A stretch of 10,725 nucleotides of DNA, taken from positions 1-10,725 of the forward strand of contig CAJWCD010000122.1 in assembly GCA_913020725.1 (NCBI GenBank), written 5' to 3'. The DNA comes from an uncultured Pseudomonadota bacterium (GTDB taxonomy: Bacteria; SAR324; NAC60-12). The translations under genes were made by a program, and so were the position numbers. Shown one piece after another: positions 1-8,121 of the stretch; position 1 is the first letter of the stretch; each line of letters starts with the position of its first letter. The notes beneath the pieces were generated by a model. It did no database searches. It worked only from the letters and a program-made list of their open reading frames with translations, and had not been told where the DNA came from.

Positions 1-1
1 G

Positions 2-1036
2 GGCAAGGTAGACCGCGAGGCTTGGACGAAGGCGGGGGCGATGGGGCTGTTGCTGCCCGGAGTTCCGGAGCAGTACGGTGGCGGGGGTGGAAGCTTCGCG
101 CACGAGGCGGTGGTGATCGAGGAACTGGAGAAATCCGGGGTGGGCGCAAATTTTGGCTATCCGGTCCACAGCACCATCTGCGCCTACTACATTCTGCACT
201 ACGGCACGGAGGAACAGAAGCAACGCTGGCTACCGAAACTCGCTTCCGGAGAACTGGTCTCGGCGATTGCCATGAGCGAACCGGGTGCGGGGTCAGACTT
301 GCAAGGCATCCAAACCCGCACGGTGCGAGACGGGGATCACTACGTTCTCAGCGGTTCCAAGACCTTCATCACCAACGGGCAGCACGCCAATCATGTGATT
401 GTCGCCGCCAAGACCAGCGACGGCAAGGGGTCGCGCTCGATCTCGCTGCTTGTGGTCGAGACGGACCATGCTCCCGGATTTAAGCGGGGACGGAACCTGA
501 AAAAGGTGGGACTGCCTGCGGCGGACACTTCGGAGTTGTTCTTTGATCAGGTGCGGGTGCCTGTGGAAAACCTGCTCGGCGAGGAAGGACGCGGTTTCTA
601 TCACCTCATGGAGCAGCTTCCGCAGGAGCGGTTGGCCTTGGCGACTGGAGCCGTCGCCGCCATCGAACGGGCGGTGGAACTCACCATCGAGTACACCCGC
701 AGCCGCGAAGCCTTTGGGCAGCGTATCCTCGATTTCCAGAACACGCGCTTCACGCTCGCCGAGTGCAAGACCGAGGCGCACATCGCTCGCGTCTTCCTCG
801 ACTCCTGCATCGAACGCCACCTGCACGGCGAACTCGACAACGTCACCGCCTCGATGGCAAAGTGGTGGACGACGCAAAAGCAGTGCGAGATTGTTGATGC
901 CTGCCTGCAACTGCACGGCGGCAACGGCTACATGCTCGACTACCCCATCGCCCACATGTACGCCGATGCCCGCGTCCAGAAAATCTACGGCGGTTCCAAC
1001 GAGATCATGAAGGAGTTGATCGGACGCAGTTTGTGA
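2..1036 (+). CDS. Acyl-CoA dehydrogenase family protein (long-chain type), 5'-truncated by the window edge
   Basis: The frame is open from base 2 (GKVDREAWTKAGAMGLL...). It has the ACAD motifs AIAMSEPGAGSDL, GSKTFITNG, GLPAADTSELFF, QLHGGNGY and IYGGSNEIMKELI, and ends at TGA 1034-1036. Confidence 0.95.
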   Translation, partial: GKVDREAWTKAGAMGLLLPGVPEQYGGGGGSFAHEAVVIEELEKSGVGANFGYPVHSTICAYYILHYGTEEQKQRWLPKLASGELVSAIAMSEPGAGSDLQGIQTRTVRDGDHYVLSGSKTFITNGQHANHVIVAAKTSDGKGSRSISLLVVETDHAPGFKRGRNLKKVGLPAADTSELFFDQVRVPVENLLGEEGRGFYHLMEQLPQERLALATGAVAAIERAVELTIEYTRSREAFGQRILDFQNTRFTLAECKTEAHIARVFLDSCIERHLHGELDNVTASMAKWWTTQKQCEIVDACLQLHGGNGYMLDYPIAHMYADARVQKIYGGSNEIMKELIGRSL

Positions 1037-1057
1037 TGTAAACGAAGACGAGCCCAA

Positions 1058-1364
1058 ATGAACCCCCATGCCTTGGATGTCATCCGGAAAGCTTGGTGGA
1101 CGGAGCGTTATCGTTACTCCCAACACGCCCTGATGCGGAGAATTCAGCGCAAGATCAGCCACGAGGAAATTGAGGCGAGGCGAGATCATTGAGGACTATC
1201 CTGATGACAAGTACTCGCCAAGCTGCCTGCTTTGCGGGCTGATCAGTTCCGGGAGAATGCTGCACTGTCAAGCATCTTACCCTGACACAGTGGTAATCAT
1301 CACCTGCTACGAGCCAGCTCCGGATGAGTGGATTGACGGTAAAACCCGAAGGAAAGTGACATGA
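1058..1364 (+). pseudogene. DUF4258-family putative RNase toxin, frameshifted near 1175-1180
   Basis: ATG 1058 reads MNPHALDVIRKAWWTERYRYSQHALMRRIQRKISHEEIEA and stops at 1190-1192. The +1 frame continues GEIIEDYPDDKYSPSCLLCG...LHCQASYPDTVVIITCYEPAPDEW to TGA 1362-1364. Joined, the two halves match the DUF4258 pattern (S.HA..R...R.I...GEIIEDYPDD...PSCL..G...H......IT.YEP...W). Confidence 0.8.
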
Positions 1365-1626
1365 CGTGCATTTGGTGTGGCGGAAAACCGAGTTCCGCAA
1401 AACCGTTTTCGTTCAGGAAGGTCTGACCACCAGCGACCTGCGGGTGGTGACGGAAGTGCCTGCGGAGGTCTGTCGCCAGTGCGACGAAAAAACCTTTGCG
1501 CCGGAGGTGGCCGAAGAACTCTATCGGCTTTGCACTGAGGCCGACACGTCCAATGCTGAAGTGTCGGTGCCGCTGCTTCGTTTTAACCCGCCTCCAGTTG
1601 CCGCTTCACCTCCGAGCGGTTCTTGA
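1361..1626 (+). pseudogene. YgiT-type (MqsA N-terminal-like) zinc finger protein, putative antitoxin, frameshifted at A4 run 1384-1387
   Basis: ATG 1361 overlaps the upstream stop (ATGA) and reads MTCIWCGGK (first CxxC). The -1 frame continues KTEFRKT...VVTEVPAEVCRQCDEKTFAPEVAEEL (VPA.VC..C second CxxC). One extra A restores a full C4 zinc finger protein. Confidence 0.8.
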
Positions 1627-1659
1627 TTTTCGCACTCAGGAATTGAGTCGAGTCGTCCC

Positions 1660-3156
1660 TCAGCCGAACTGTGCCTTGACGGCCTCGCGGTCGATTTCGC
1701 CCTCCTTGAGGGGCAAGTCCTCAACAAACTCGACAATCCGGGGCTTCTTGAAGCCCGCAATCTGACGGCCCACGAACTCCCGGACTTCTTCAATTTCAGG
1801 GCTGGCTCCGGGTTTGGGAACGCAGAGCGCCTTGACCGATTCTCCCCACGTCTTGTCGGCAATCCCGATCACGCAGCAGGCCACGATGTCCGAATGCCGG
1901 AGCAGCACGGCTTCGACCTCACCCGGATAGACGTTCTCCCCGCCCGTTTTGATGAGTTCCTTCTCGGCCTTGCGCTTGACGTAGTGCAGGTGGCCTTGTT
2001 CGTCGAAACGTCCGATGTCACCTGTGTGATGCCAACCGTTGCGGAAAGCGTAGTCGGTCTCTTCACGCATTCCCCAGTATTCGAGCATCACGTTTTCACC
2101 ACGCACGACGATCTCTCCAGCCTCGCCGTTGGAAACGGGTTCGTCCAAGTCGTTGACGAGGGTAACAGTGTTCATCAGGCTCGCCCGTCCAGAGGCTCCC
2201 GGACGGTCCATCGCCCGACCGGCAGTGACAAAGGCCGTGGTTTCCGCCTGTCCGAATCCCGTCCAGAATTCCGCAGAGGTTTCCTGGTGCAGTCGCTGAA
2301 TGTTGTCCGGGCCGTCGAGTCCGTACACGGCCCGCAGGCTTGGCAGTCTGGAATCGGATGCCTGCGCGGCGTCGAGGATGCGTCCGAGGATGGGCGGAAA
2401 GGAACCAAAGTAGGTGAGTTTGTGAGCGTCAATCGCGGCAACGGCGGTGGCGGGATCGAACGCGGGGAGCAGAACGGTGGTTCCGCCACTCACGAAGGTC
2501 GCCCACGCCGAGGTCAGGCCCATGACGTGGAAAAGTGGCATGATGCCAAGATGCCCCCGCAGGGTGTCGAGTCCAAAGTGCAACTGATGCACTCGGCACG
2601 AAGCCCAGAGGTTGCGCTGGCTCAGCAACGCGCCTTTCGGTTCTCCGGCAACCGCAGCGGTGGGGATGATCACACAGCCCGAATCCAGCGAGGGTGCGGG
2701 TTCTCCGAACGCAGAAAAATCGGGGTCGAGCAGGTCGGTGAAGGAACGTTCCGTGCTGACTCCTTCAAGGCTGACGCATTCCGGAACCATCGGTTTGAGA
2801 ACCGCCAGCACCTCTGCGTATTTTTCCTGCCCGACGAGCAATCCGGGTTGGGTGCGCTGGAGGACGAGGACCATCTCATCGGGGGAGGTCCGGATGTTCA
2901 GGCCCACAGCAATCAGGCTGGCGCGGACACAGGCGGCATAAAGCGTCATCGCCTCAATGCCGTTGTCCAGTAAAACAGCGACTCGACTGCCGGGGTGCAG
3001 TCCGATTTTTCGTAAGCCCTTGGAGAGTCGCTCCACCTGCACTGCGAATTCCCGGAAGCTCAGTTGGGTGTCGCCGCAGATGAACGCCGGAGCATCCGGT
3101 GCGCAACGGGCGTTTTCCAGAATGCGTTCGTGCAGGGTGTGTTCCCGTAATGCCAT
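1660..3156 (-). CDS. AMP-binding long-chain-fatty-acid--CoA ligase (ANL superfamily, CaiC-like)
   Basis: 498-aa ORF with a variant P-loop TAAVAGEPKG, plus MPLFHV, GFGQAET, GEIVVRG, WHHTGDIG, IKTGGENVYP and FKKPR motifs. Confidence 0.92.
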   Translation of the reverse strand: MALREHTLHERILENARCAPDAPAFICGDTQLSFREFAVQVERLSKGLRKIGLHPGSRVAVLLDNGIEAMTLYAACVRASLIAVGLNIRTSPDEMVLVLQRTQPGLLVGQEKYAEVLAVLKPMVPECVSLEGVSTERSFTDLLDPDFSAFGEPAPSLDSGCVIIPTAAVAGEPKGALLSQRNLWASCRVHQLHFGLDTLRGHLGIMPLFHVMGLTSAWATFVSGGTTVLLPAFDPATAVAAIDAHKLTYFGSFPPILGRILDAAQASDSRLPSLRAVYGLDGPDNIQRLHQETSAEFWTGFGQAETTAFVTAGRAMDRPGASGRASLMNTVTLVNDLDEPVSNGEAGEIVVRGENVMLEYWGMREETDYAFRNGWHHTGDIGRFDEQGHLHYVKRKAEKELIKTGGENVYPGEVEAVLLRHSDIVACCVIGIADKTWGESVKALCVPKPGASPEIEEVREFVGRQIAGFKKPRIVEFVEDLPLKEGEIDREAVKAQFG

Positions 3157-4664
3157 CAGGTCTCGTGGGTTGAAGGTTGGTTGGGAAAATCAGGATCGGC
3201 CAGCGTCTCAAGCAGCCGTTGGTGCAGATTGTCGAATTTGCCGTTGCTCATGATCACCACCACATCCTGCGGTCGGCACTCTGCCGCAAGGTGTTGCAGG
3301 ATGCTCCCGGAATCGGAAAACGCATGGGCCTGCAAACCGCGTTTCTGCAAAGCGGTGGCCACTGCTTCCGGGTCGAGCCGTGTCGCTGCCGGAGCCTGCT
3401 CCCTGCGATGGGGGCGGCTCAGGAGCGCGTGATTGGCAAGCGCGAGGGCTGCGGTCAATTCGGACTCGTGCAGTTTGAGAACGCTCGTGTTGGAACGCGG
3501 CTCAAAGACCGCGATGAGTCGCTGCTCCGGATGCCGAAGCCGCAGGGCCGCAAGGGTCTCCCGCACCGCCGTCGGGTGGTGCGCGAAGTCGTCGTACACG
3601 GAAATGCCCCGCACGGTTCCGCGCAACTCCTGCCGACGCTTGATGCCCCGGAATCCGTCAAACGCCGCCTGAATCGCATCATCCGGAATGTCGTTGTGGC
3701 GAGCCAACACGATCACGCCGAGCGCGTTGCGAACGTTGTGTTCGCCGAGCATCGGCAGGTGGAAAAGTTGGTTGTCGGTTGTCGGTTGTCGGTTGTCGGT
3801 TGTCGGCCTGTACTTGGGACTGGCAAGGTTTTGGCTGCGCACCCGGAACTGCATGCCGTTGCCGTCAACTTGGAGGTCCGTTCCCTGCAAATCATTCTCT
3901 GGCCCCAGTCCAAAACGCATGATCGGCGAGTGAGCCTTTTGCAGCACCTCCGCCAGCACCGGATCATCCCCGTTGGCGGCGATCAGTCCGTTGGCGGGAA
4001 CGAGCCGCAGCAACAGTTGAAACGCCTGCTTGAGGTCGTCCAGCGAACCGAAGATGTCGGCGTGGTCGAACTCCAAATTGTTGAGAATGAGTTGCTGCGG
4101 CTGGTAGTGGAAGAACTTGGAGCGTTTGTCGAAGAAGGCGGTGTCGTACTCGTCGCCTTCGGTGATGAAGCAGTCGCCTTGGCCTTCGTGGCAACTCGTC
4201 CCCAAATTCTCGGCAATGCCTCCGATCAGAAAACCCGGATCGCGTCCTGCTTCACGGAACACCCATGCGAGCAGAGCCGTCGTCGTGGTCTTGCCGTGAG
4301 TGCCTGCAACGACAAGGGAGGTGTTGCCCTGAATGAAATGTTCCTTGAGCAATGCTGCCATCGAGACATAGCGCAACCCCTGTGCAAGCGTGGCCTCCAC
4401 TTCCGGGTTGCCCCGCGAAAGCGCATTGCCGATCACCACAAGATCCGGAGCCGGATCAAGATTCACCGCCGCGTAACCCTCGTTCACCGAGAGTCCGTTT
4501 TCAGTGAGCAAAGTGCTCATCGGCGGATAGACGTTCGTGTCCGAGCCGGTGACACGGTGTCCGCGTTTTTGCAGCAGCACGGCCAGCGAAGCCATCGCTG
4601 TTCCGCAGATGCCAGAGAAATGAAGGTGGGTTGGGTGCAACGCTGTTGAGCTGCTAGGGTTCAA
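3156..4664 (-). CDS. mpl: UDP-N-acetylmuramate:L-alanyl-gamma-D-glutamyl-meso-diaminopimelate ligase (murein peptide ligase)
   Basis: Motifs HFSGICGTAMASLA, GSDTNVYPPMST, GNALSRGNPEVE, AGTHGKTTTT, EGDEYDTAFFDKRSKF, NNLEFDHADIF, DDFAHHPTA, FEPRSNT and MSNGKF. The start is probably a TTG at 4664 or 4640 rather than 4808. The stop overlaps the ligase ATG (TGATG). Confidence 0.93.
   Translation of the reverse strand: MNPSSSTALHPTHLHFSGICGTAMASLAVLLQKRGHRVTGSDTNVYPPMSTLLTENGLSVNEGYAAVNLDPAPDLVVIGNALSRGNPEVEATLAQGLRYVSMAALLKEHFIQGNTSLVVAGTHGKTTTTALLAWVFREAGRDPGFLIGGIAENLGTSCHEGQGDCFITEGDEYDTAFFDKRSKFFHYQPQQLILNNLEFDHADIFGSLDDLKQAFQLLLRLVPANGLIAANGDDPVLAEVLQKAHSPIMRFGLGPENDLQGTDLQVDGNGMQFRVRSQNLASPKYRPTTDNRQPTTDNQLFHLPMLGEHNVRNALGVIVLARHNDIPDDAIQAAFDGFRGIKRRQELRGTVRGISVYDDFAHHPTAVRETLAALRLRHPEQRLIAVFEPRSNTSVLKLHESELTAALALANHALLSRPHRREQAPAATRLDPEAVATALQKRGLQAHAFSDSGSILQHLAAECRPQDVVVIMSNGKFDNLHQRLLETLADPDFPNQPSTHET
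3770..3806. repeat. Perfect tandem heptamer repeat (GGTTGTC)x5 plus GG, inside mpl
   Basis: Units at 3770, 3777, 3784, 3791 and 3798. On the minus strand it encodes PTTDNRQPTTDNQ. Confidence 0.95.
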
Positions 4665-4765
4665 GGATTCACCATAACAAGCTACGCCTCGCTTCGCAAC
4701 ACCTCTCTGAAGGTTGTTTCTGAATCTGCATTCTGGTAGGGTGAAGCGTTGCAGAATTTCGCCTC

Positions 4766-6124
4766 TTGCACCCCGCTTTCGTGCCCACCGTTTTGTCCGG
4801 ACTTTCAAACTTGTTGAGCGAGTTGGCTCACCATACGAACCTGCAACGCACTCGACATGACCAGCAGGCTACAGAGCTTGTGGAGTGGCAGCAGATTCAG
4901 AGGCAACTGGAGCGTGTTGAATCCTCACAAACCGAACCTCTGATCGCACAACTACAGGCGTGGTTGGTCCAACAGCAGCAGTTTGACCAATCCCACCAGC
5001 GCAACATGCAGGTGTTGCTGGAGCAAATTCGTAGCACGACCTCAAGCGGGGTTTGGCAAGAGCAAGCAGTCCCGGCTGCCACTCTTTCTGCTCCCGACAT
5101 TCCTGCTCCTGCCCTTTCCGCGCAGGCAGGAATCCAGATGCCTATACCACCACAAGCCAAGCCAGAGAGCAAAGCACCGACTGCTCCTGATGATCCACCA
5201 CTTCCGCTTTCCAGAAAAAAACAACGCAGCTTGAGCAGACGACAGCGTTTTGAAGAGTGGGGATTCCGGAAGTTGCGGCGCTGGGCCGCAAGCGCTTCAT
5301 CCTGGAATCGTCGAACCGTGACGTGGTTGCTGGCAAGCTTGCTTTGGGCTATCCGGAGTCGTCGGCAGGTGATGGACAGCAATCTGCGAGTCGCGCTTCC
5401 GGACAAATCCCGCCAGCAACGCAACCGCATTGCGTGGGGCAACTACCACTGGTTTGCGCGGTTTGCCGTTGATGTGCTGCGCTTGGCAACGTGGCAAGGC
5501 TGCACGGAAGCGTTTGTGCAGGTGCACAATCTGGAAGTGCTGGATGCTGCGCTTGCGGAAAATCGTGGTGCCCTGCTCGTCACTGGACATTTGGGCAACT
5601 GGGAATTCATTCCGGCGGTGTTGGCGGAACGGGGTTATCCGCTGACGGTTTATGCCGGAGCGCAGACGAATCCACTCACCGACGAACTGCACAACGAAAC
5701 CCGCCGGGGTTTCGGCATTCACTTGCTGGGCAAAGGCGCAGATGCGGTCATGGAAATCTGGCACGCCCTCAAGCAGCGGCGCATCGTGGGACTGCTCATT
5801 GATCAAGATGAGCGCAAATCCGGAGTCTTCGTTGATTTTTTTGGCACTCCGGCCAGCACCCGCCGTGGCGTGGCGGCGTTTCACCGCATGTTCGAGAGTC
5901 CCGTGTTGCTCTGCGTCTGCCCATATGTGGGGGACGGCGTTGAGGTGATCTTCGAGCGCATTGAGTTCACCGCTTCTGGAAATCCGGAGGCGGATGAACA
6001 CGAACTGCTGCAACGCGCAACCTCCGCGTTTGAGCAGCAGGTACGAAAGTACCCGGAGCAGTATTTTTGGATGCACCGACGCTGGCGCACCCGCCCAGAC
6101 GATGCTGCCGAGCAGATTTACTGA
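4766..6124 (+). CDS. Lipid A biosynthesis acyltransferase (LpxL/HtrB family, LPLAT superfamily) with an N-terminal extension of about 150 aa
   Basis: Motifs LLVTGHLGNWE (Hx4E catalytic), LLIDQD, VFVDFFG and PEQYFWMHRRWR. The start codon is uncertain (TTG 4766 or later). Confidence 0.88.
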   Translation: MHPAFVPTVLSGLSNLLSELAHHTNLQRTRHDQQATELVEWQQIQRQLERVESSQTEPLIAQLQAWLVQQQQFDQSHQRNMQVLLEQIRSTTSSGVWQEQAVPAATLSAPDIPAPALSAQAGIQMPIPPQAKPESKAPTAPDDPPLPLSRKKQRSLSRRQRFEEWGFRKLRRWAASASSWNRRTVTWLLASLLWAIRSRRQVMDSNLRVALPDKSRQQRNRIAWGNYHWFARFAVDVLRLATWQGCTEAFVQVHNLEVLDAALAENRGALLVTGHLGNWEFIPAVLAERGYPLTVYAGAQTNPLTDELHNETRRGFGIHLLGKGADAVMEIWHALKQRRIVGLLIDQDERKSGVFVDFFGTPASTRRGVAAFHRMFESPVLLCVCPYVGDGVEVIFERIEFTASGNPEADEHELLQRATSAFEQQVRKYPEQYFWMHRRWRTRPDDAAEQIY

Positions 6125-6153
6125 TTGTCGTTGCACCGTTTTTACGGCATAAT
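6125..6153 (+). promoter_or_regulatory. Possible sigma70-type promoter for the hypothetical gene and DUF1611 gene
   Basis: TTGTCG (6125-6130), a 17-bp spacer, then CATAAT (6148-6153), about 40 bp upstream of ATG 6192. Confidence 0.4.
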
Positions 6154-6191
6154 TCCCGCTTTGTTGTTATGACTACATTTTGATTGATTCC

Positions 6192-6755
6192 ATGTTTGGA
6201 TTTAGCAATTCCGGTTTTCAGGAACAGACGCACACTGTTGCTCGCAAGGATTGGGAGAACGTGCTGGACTCGCTCTACCGTCAGGCCATCAATGGACACA
6301 AGGTCGGGCTCACATTGGTTTCCGACACGATCCGGTCGAATCCTGGGGATGTGGAGGGCACGAACCCCGGAGAGTTGACCTTCCGTGTCAAGTCAAGCCT
6401 ACCCTATAAGATGCACGACAAGCTGCGAAAATTCGACTCCAAGCACTTTCATCGCATCTTTGAAGTGTACAACGATTCCAAAGACAAGAATGATTTTTAC
6501 CACCTCAAGTCCATCGGCATTGGTCAAGAAGTGATGATTTTCCCACTGGCTCAGGGGTTGGAGAAAAAAGCACTGCTGATTTTAAAGTTTCCTGTTGAGC
6601 AGGTGATTCTGGAAAAACTGCTCCAGCAGATCAAGATTGAGTTGCAACGTCCCGAACTGCCCCCGCCCAAGCCCGGAACCGCTGTCACCTTGCAGTCTGC
6701 CCTCAAGCCTGCACCTCAAGCAGATGATGAGCCGTCTTCTGAGGAAAGCAACTGA
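6192..6755 (+). CDS. Hypothetical protein (about 187 aa, globular core with a Pro/acidic tail)
   Basis: The ORF fills the space between the acyltransferase and DUF1611 genes and has protein-like composition. Possible starts are TTG 6180 and ATG 6192. No family recognised. Confidence 0.75.
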   Translation: MFGFSNSGFQEQTHTVARKDWENVLDSLYRQAINGHKVGLTLVSDTIRSNPGDVEGTNPGELTFRVKSSLPYKMHDKLRKFDSKHFHRIFEVYNDSKDKNDFYHLKSIGIGQEVMIFPLAQGLEKKALLILKFPVEQVILEKLLQQIKIELQRPELPPPKPGTAVTLQSALKPAPQADDEPSSEESN

Positions 6756-6780
6756 CCCGGCTTCCCTGCATTCCTCTGTG

Positions 6781-7851
6781 ATGCCCGCTCCCGCGCTCAT
6801 TCTCGCACCCGGACAATTCAATGCCCGCCGCGCCAAGACCGCCTTTGGCCTCATCCGAGGCACCTCGCGCTACGAAATTCTTGGTGTTATTGATCCGGAT
6901 CAAGTGGGCCTTGATGCTGGAGTTGTGGTGGACGGCACCCCGCGCGGCATTCCGATTTTCGCATCTGTCGCGGAAGCCTGCCAGCAAGTCCGCGTTCACC
7001 CCGAATGGGCGATCATCGGCATCACGCAGCACGGCGGGCGCCTCTCGGACCCGATCAAGGAAATCCTCACGGCAACGGTGCAGGCCGGAGTCGGCCTCGT
7101 CAACGGGCTCCATGAACCCCTGAGCGAGCTTCCGGAGCTTTGCCTACTCGCCGAGCAAAAAGGCGTGGAACTGCTCGACATCCGCAAATCACGTCCGTGG
7201 CACGAATTGCGGTTTTGGAGTGGAACGATCCGCACGGTCCGTGCCCCCCGGATTGCGGTGCTGGGCACCGATTGCGCCCTCGGCAAGCGCACCACAACCT
7301 ACTGGCTTTGGGAGTTGTGCAACGCCTCCGGCATCCGCACCGAGATGATCTACACGGGTCAAACCGGCTGGTTGCTGGGTATGGAGTACGGCTTCATCCT
7401 TGACGCGACCATGAATGATTTTGTCACTGGAGAACTGGAAGCGGAAATCGTACGCTGTGATCAGGAACAATCCCCGGACTTGATCTTGCTCGAAGGGCAG
7501 TCGGCGTTGCGCAATCCAGCAGGACCGTGTGGTGCCGAATACCTCTGCTCGGCGGAGGCGAAGGGCGTGATCCTCCAACACGCTCCCGGACGCACGTACT
7601 TCCGGGGCATCGAAAGACTGAAGTGCTCCATTCCCAGCTTGGAAAACGAACTCGCCCTCATCCGGCAGTATGGGGCCACCCCACTTGGAATCACCCTCAA
7701 CGCCGAAGGCTTGAGTCCGGACGAGGCGAGGTCGGTCCAGCAGGACTACGAACGCACGCTGGGACTGCCTGTGTTGCTCCCACTGGAAGAAGGCTTGGAC
7801 CGGTTGCTTCCCACCGTCCAGTCGTTCCTGGCCCATCCAGACACCCACTGA
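6781..7851 (+). CDS. DUF1611-domain protein (DgcN-like, putative D-glutamate N-acetyltransferase family)
   Basis: Motifs AKTAFGLIR, GLVNGLHE, LGTDCALGKRTT, YTGQTG, DFVTGELE, LLEGQSAL and LQHAPGR. The likely start is ATG 6781, 25 bp after the upstream stop. Confidence 0.85.
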   Translation: MPAPALILAPGQFNARRAKTAFGLIRGTSRYEILGVIDPDQVGLDAGVVVDGTPRGIPIFASVAEACQQVRVHPEWAIIGITQHGGRLSDPIKEILTATVQAGVGLVNGLHEPLSELPELCLLAEQKGVELLDIRKSRPWHELRFWSGTIRTVRAPRIAVLGTDCALGKRTTTYWLWELCNASGIRTEMIYTGQTGWLLGMEYGFILDATMNDFVTGELEAEIVRCDQEQSPDLILLEGQSALRNPAGPCGAEYLCSAEAKGVILQHAPGRTYFRGIERLKCSIPSLENELALIRQYGATPLGITLNAEGLSPDEARSVQQDYERTLGLPVLLPLEEGLDRLLPTVQSFLAHPDTH

Positions 7852-7952
7852 CGACTTCCTTGTGGTCGAACCGCCGGAGTTTTGGCGCAGATTCACTCTC
7901 CTGAAATCGGCTTGCACCTCCCTGCCAAAAATCGTCCAATGGAACTCCCTCC

Positions 7953-8026
<74 letters not shown>

Positions 8027-8121
8027 TCAATTTAACCCATTGAATTTATTATAATTAATTTCTATTTCAGAGGTTAGTGGTTTTACTTTATTTTTCCAAA
8101 GGACACATAAAGGAAACATAA
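8027..8121. mobile_element. Putative attachment-site flank of a tRNA-integrated island
   Basis: GC drops abruptly (12/60 at 8041-8100 against 38/60 at 7261-7320). There is an IHF-like site at 8033-8045 on the minus strand (ATTCAATGGGTTA, one mismatch to WATCAANNNNTTR) and a tandem 11-bp repeat AAGGACACATA/AAGGAAACATA at 8099-8120. No integrase lies in the window. Confidence 0.45.

Noticed and set aside
293..1189. 298-aa minus-strand ORF
   Set aside because: It is the antisense shadow of the acyl-CoA dehydrogenase, which is common in GC-rich genes, and has no recognisable motifs.
3770..3806. Heptamer repeat as a CRISPR array
   Set aside because: The 7-bp units are contiguous with no spacers, and no cas genes are present.
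1894..4649. Long plus-strand ORFs 1894-2973 and 3177-4649
   Set aside because: They are antisense shadows of the well-supported ligase and mpl genes.
4665..4808. Extended Mpl N-terminus from 4808
   Set aside because: It overlaps the divergent acyltransferase start region, and Mpl homology begins only at about 4630.
5297..6136. 279-aa minus-strand ORF
   Set aside because: It is antisense to the acyltransferase and has no independent support.
6637..6780. Extended DUF1611 N-terminus from 6637
   Set aside because: It overlaps the upstream gene by about 120 bp; ATG 6781 fits the family start better.
7912..7940. tRNA promoter TTGCAC-N17-TCCAAT
   Set aside because: The spacing is right but the -10 box lacks the key second-position A, so it is too weak to call.
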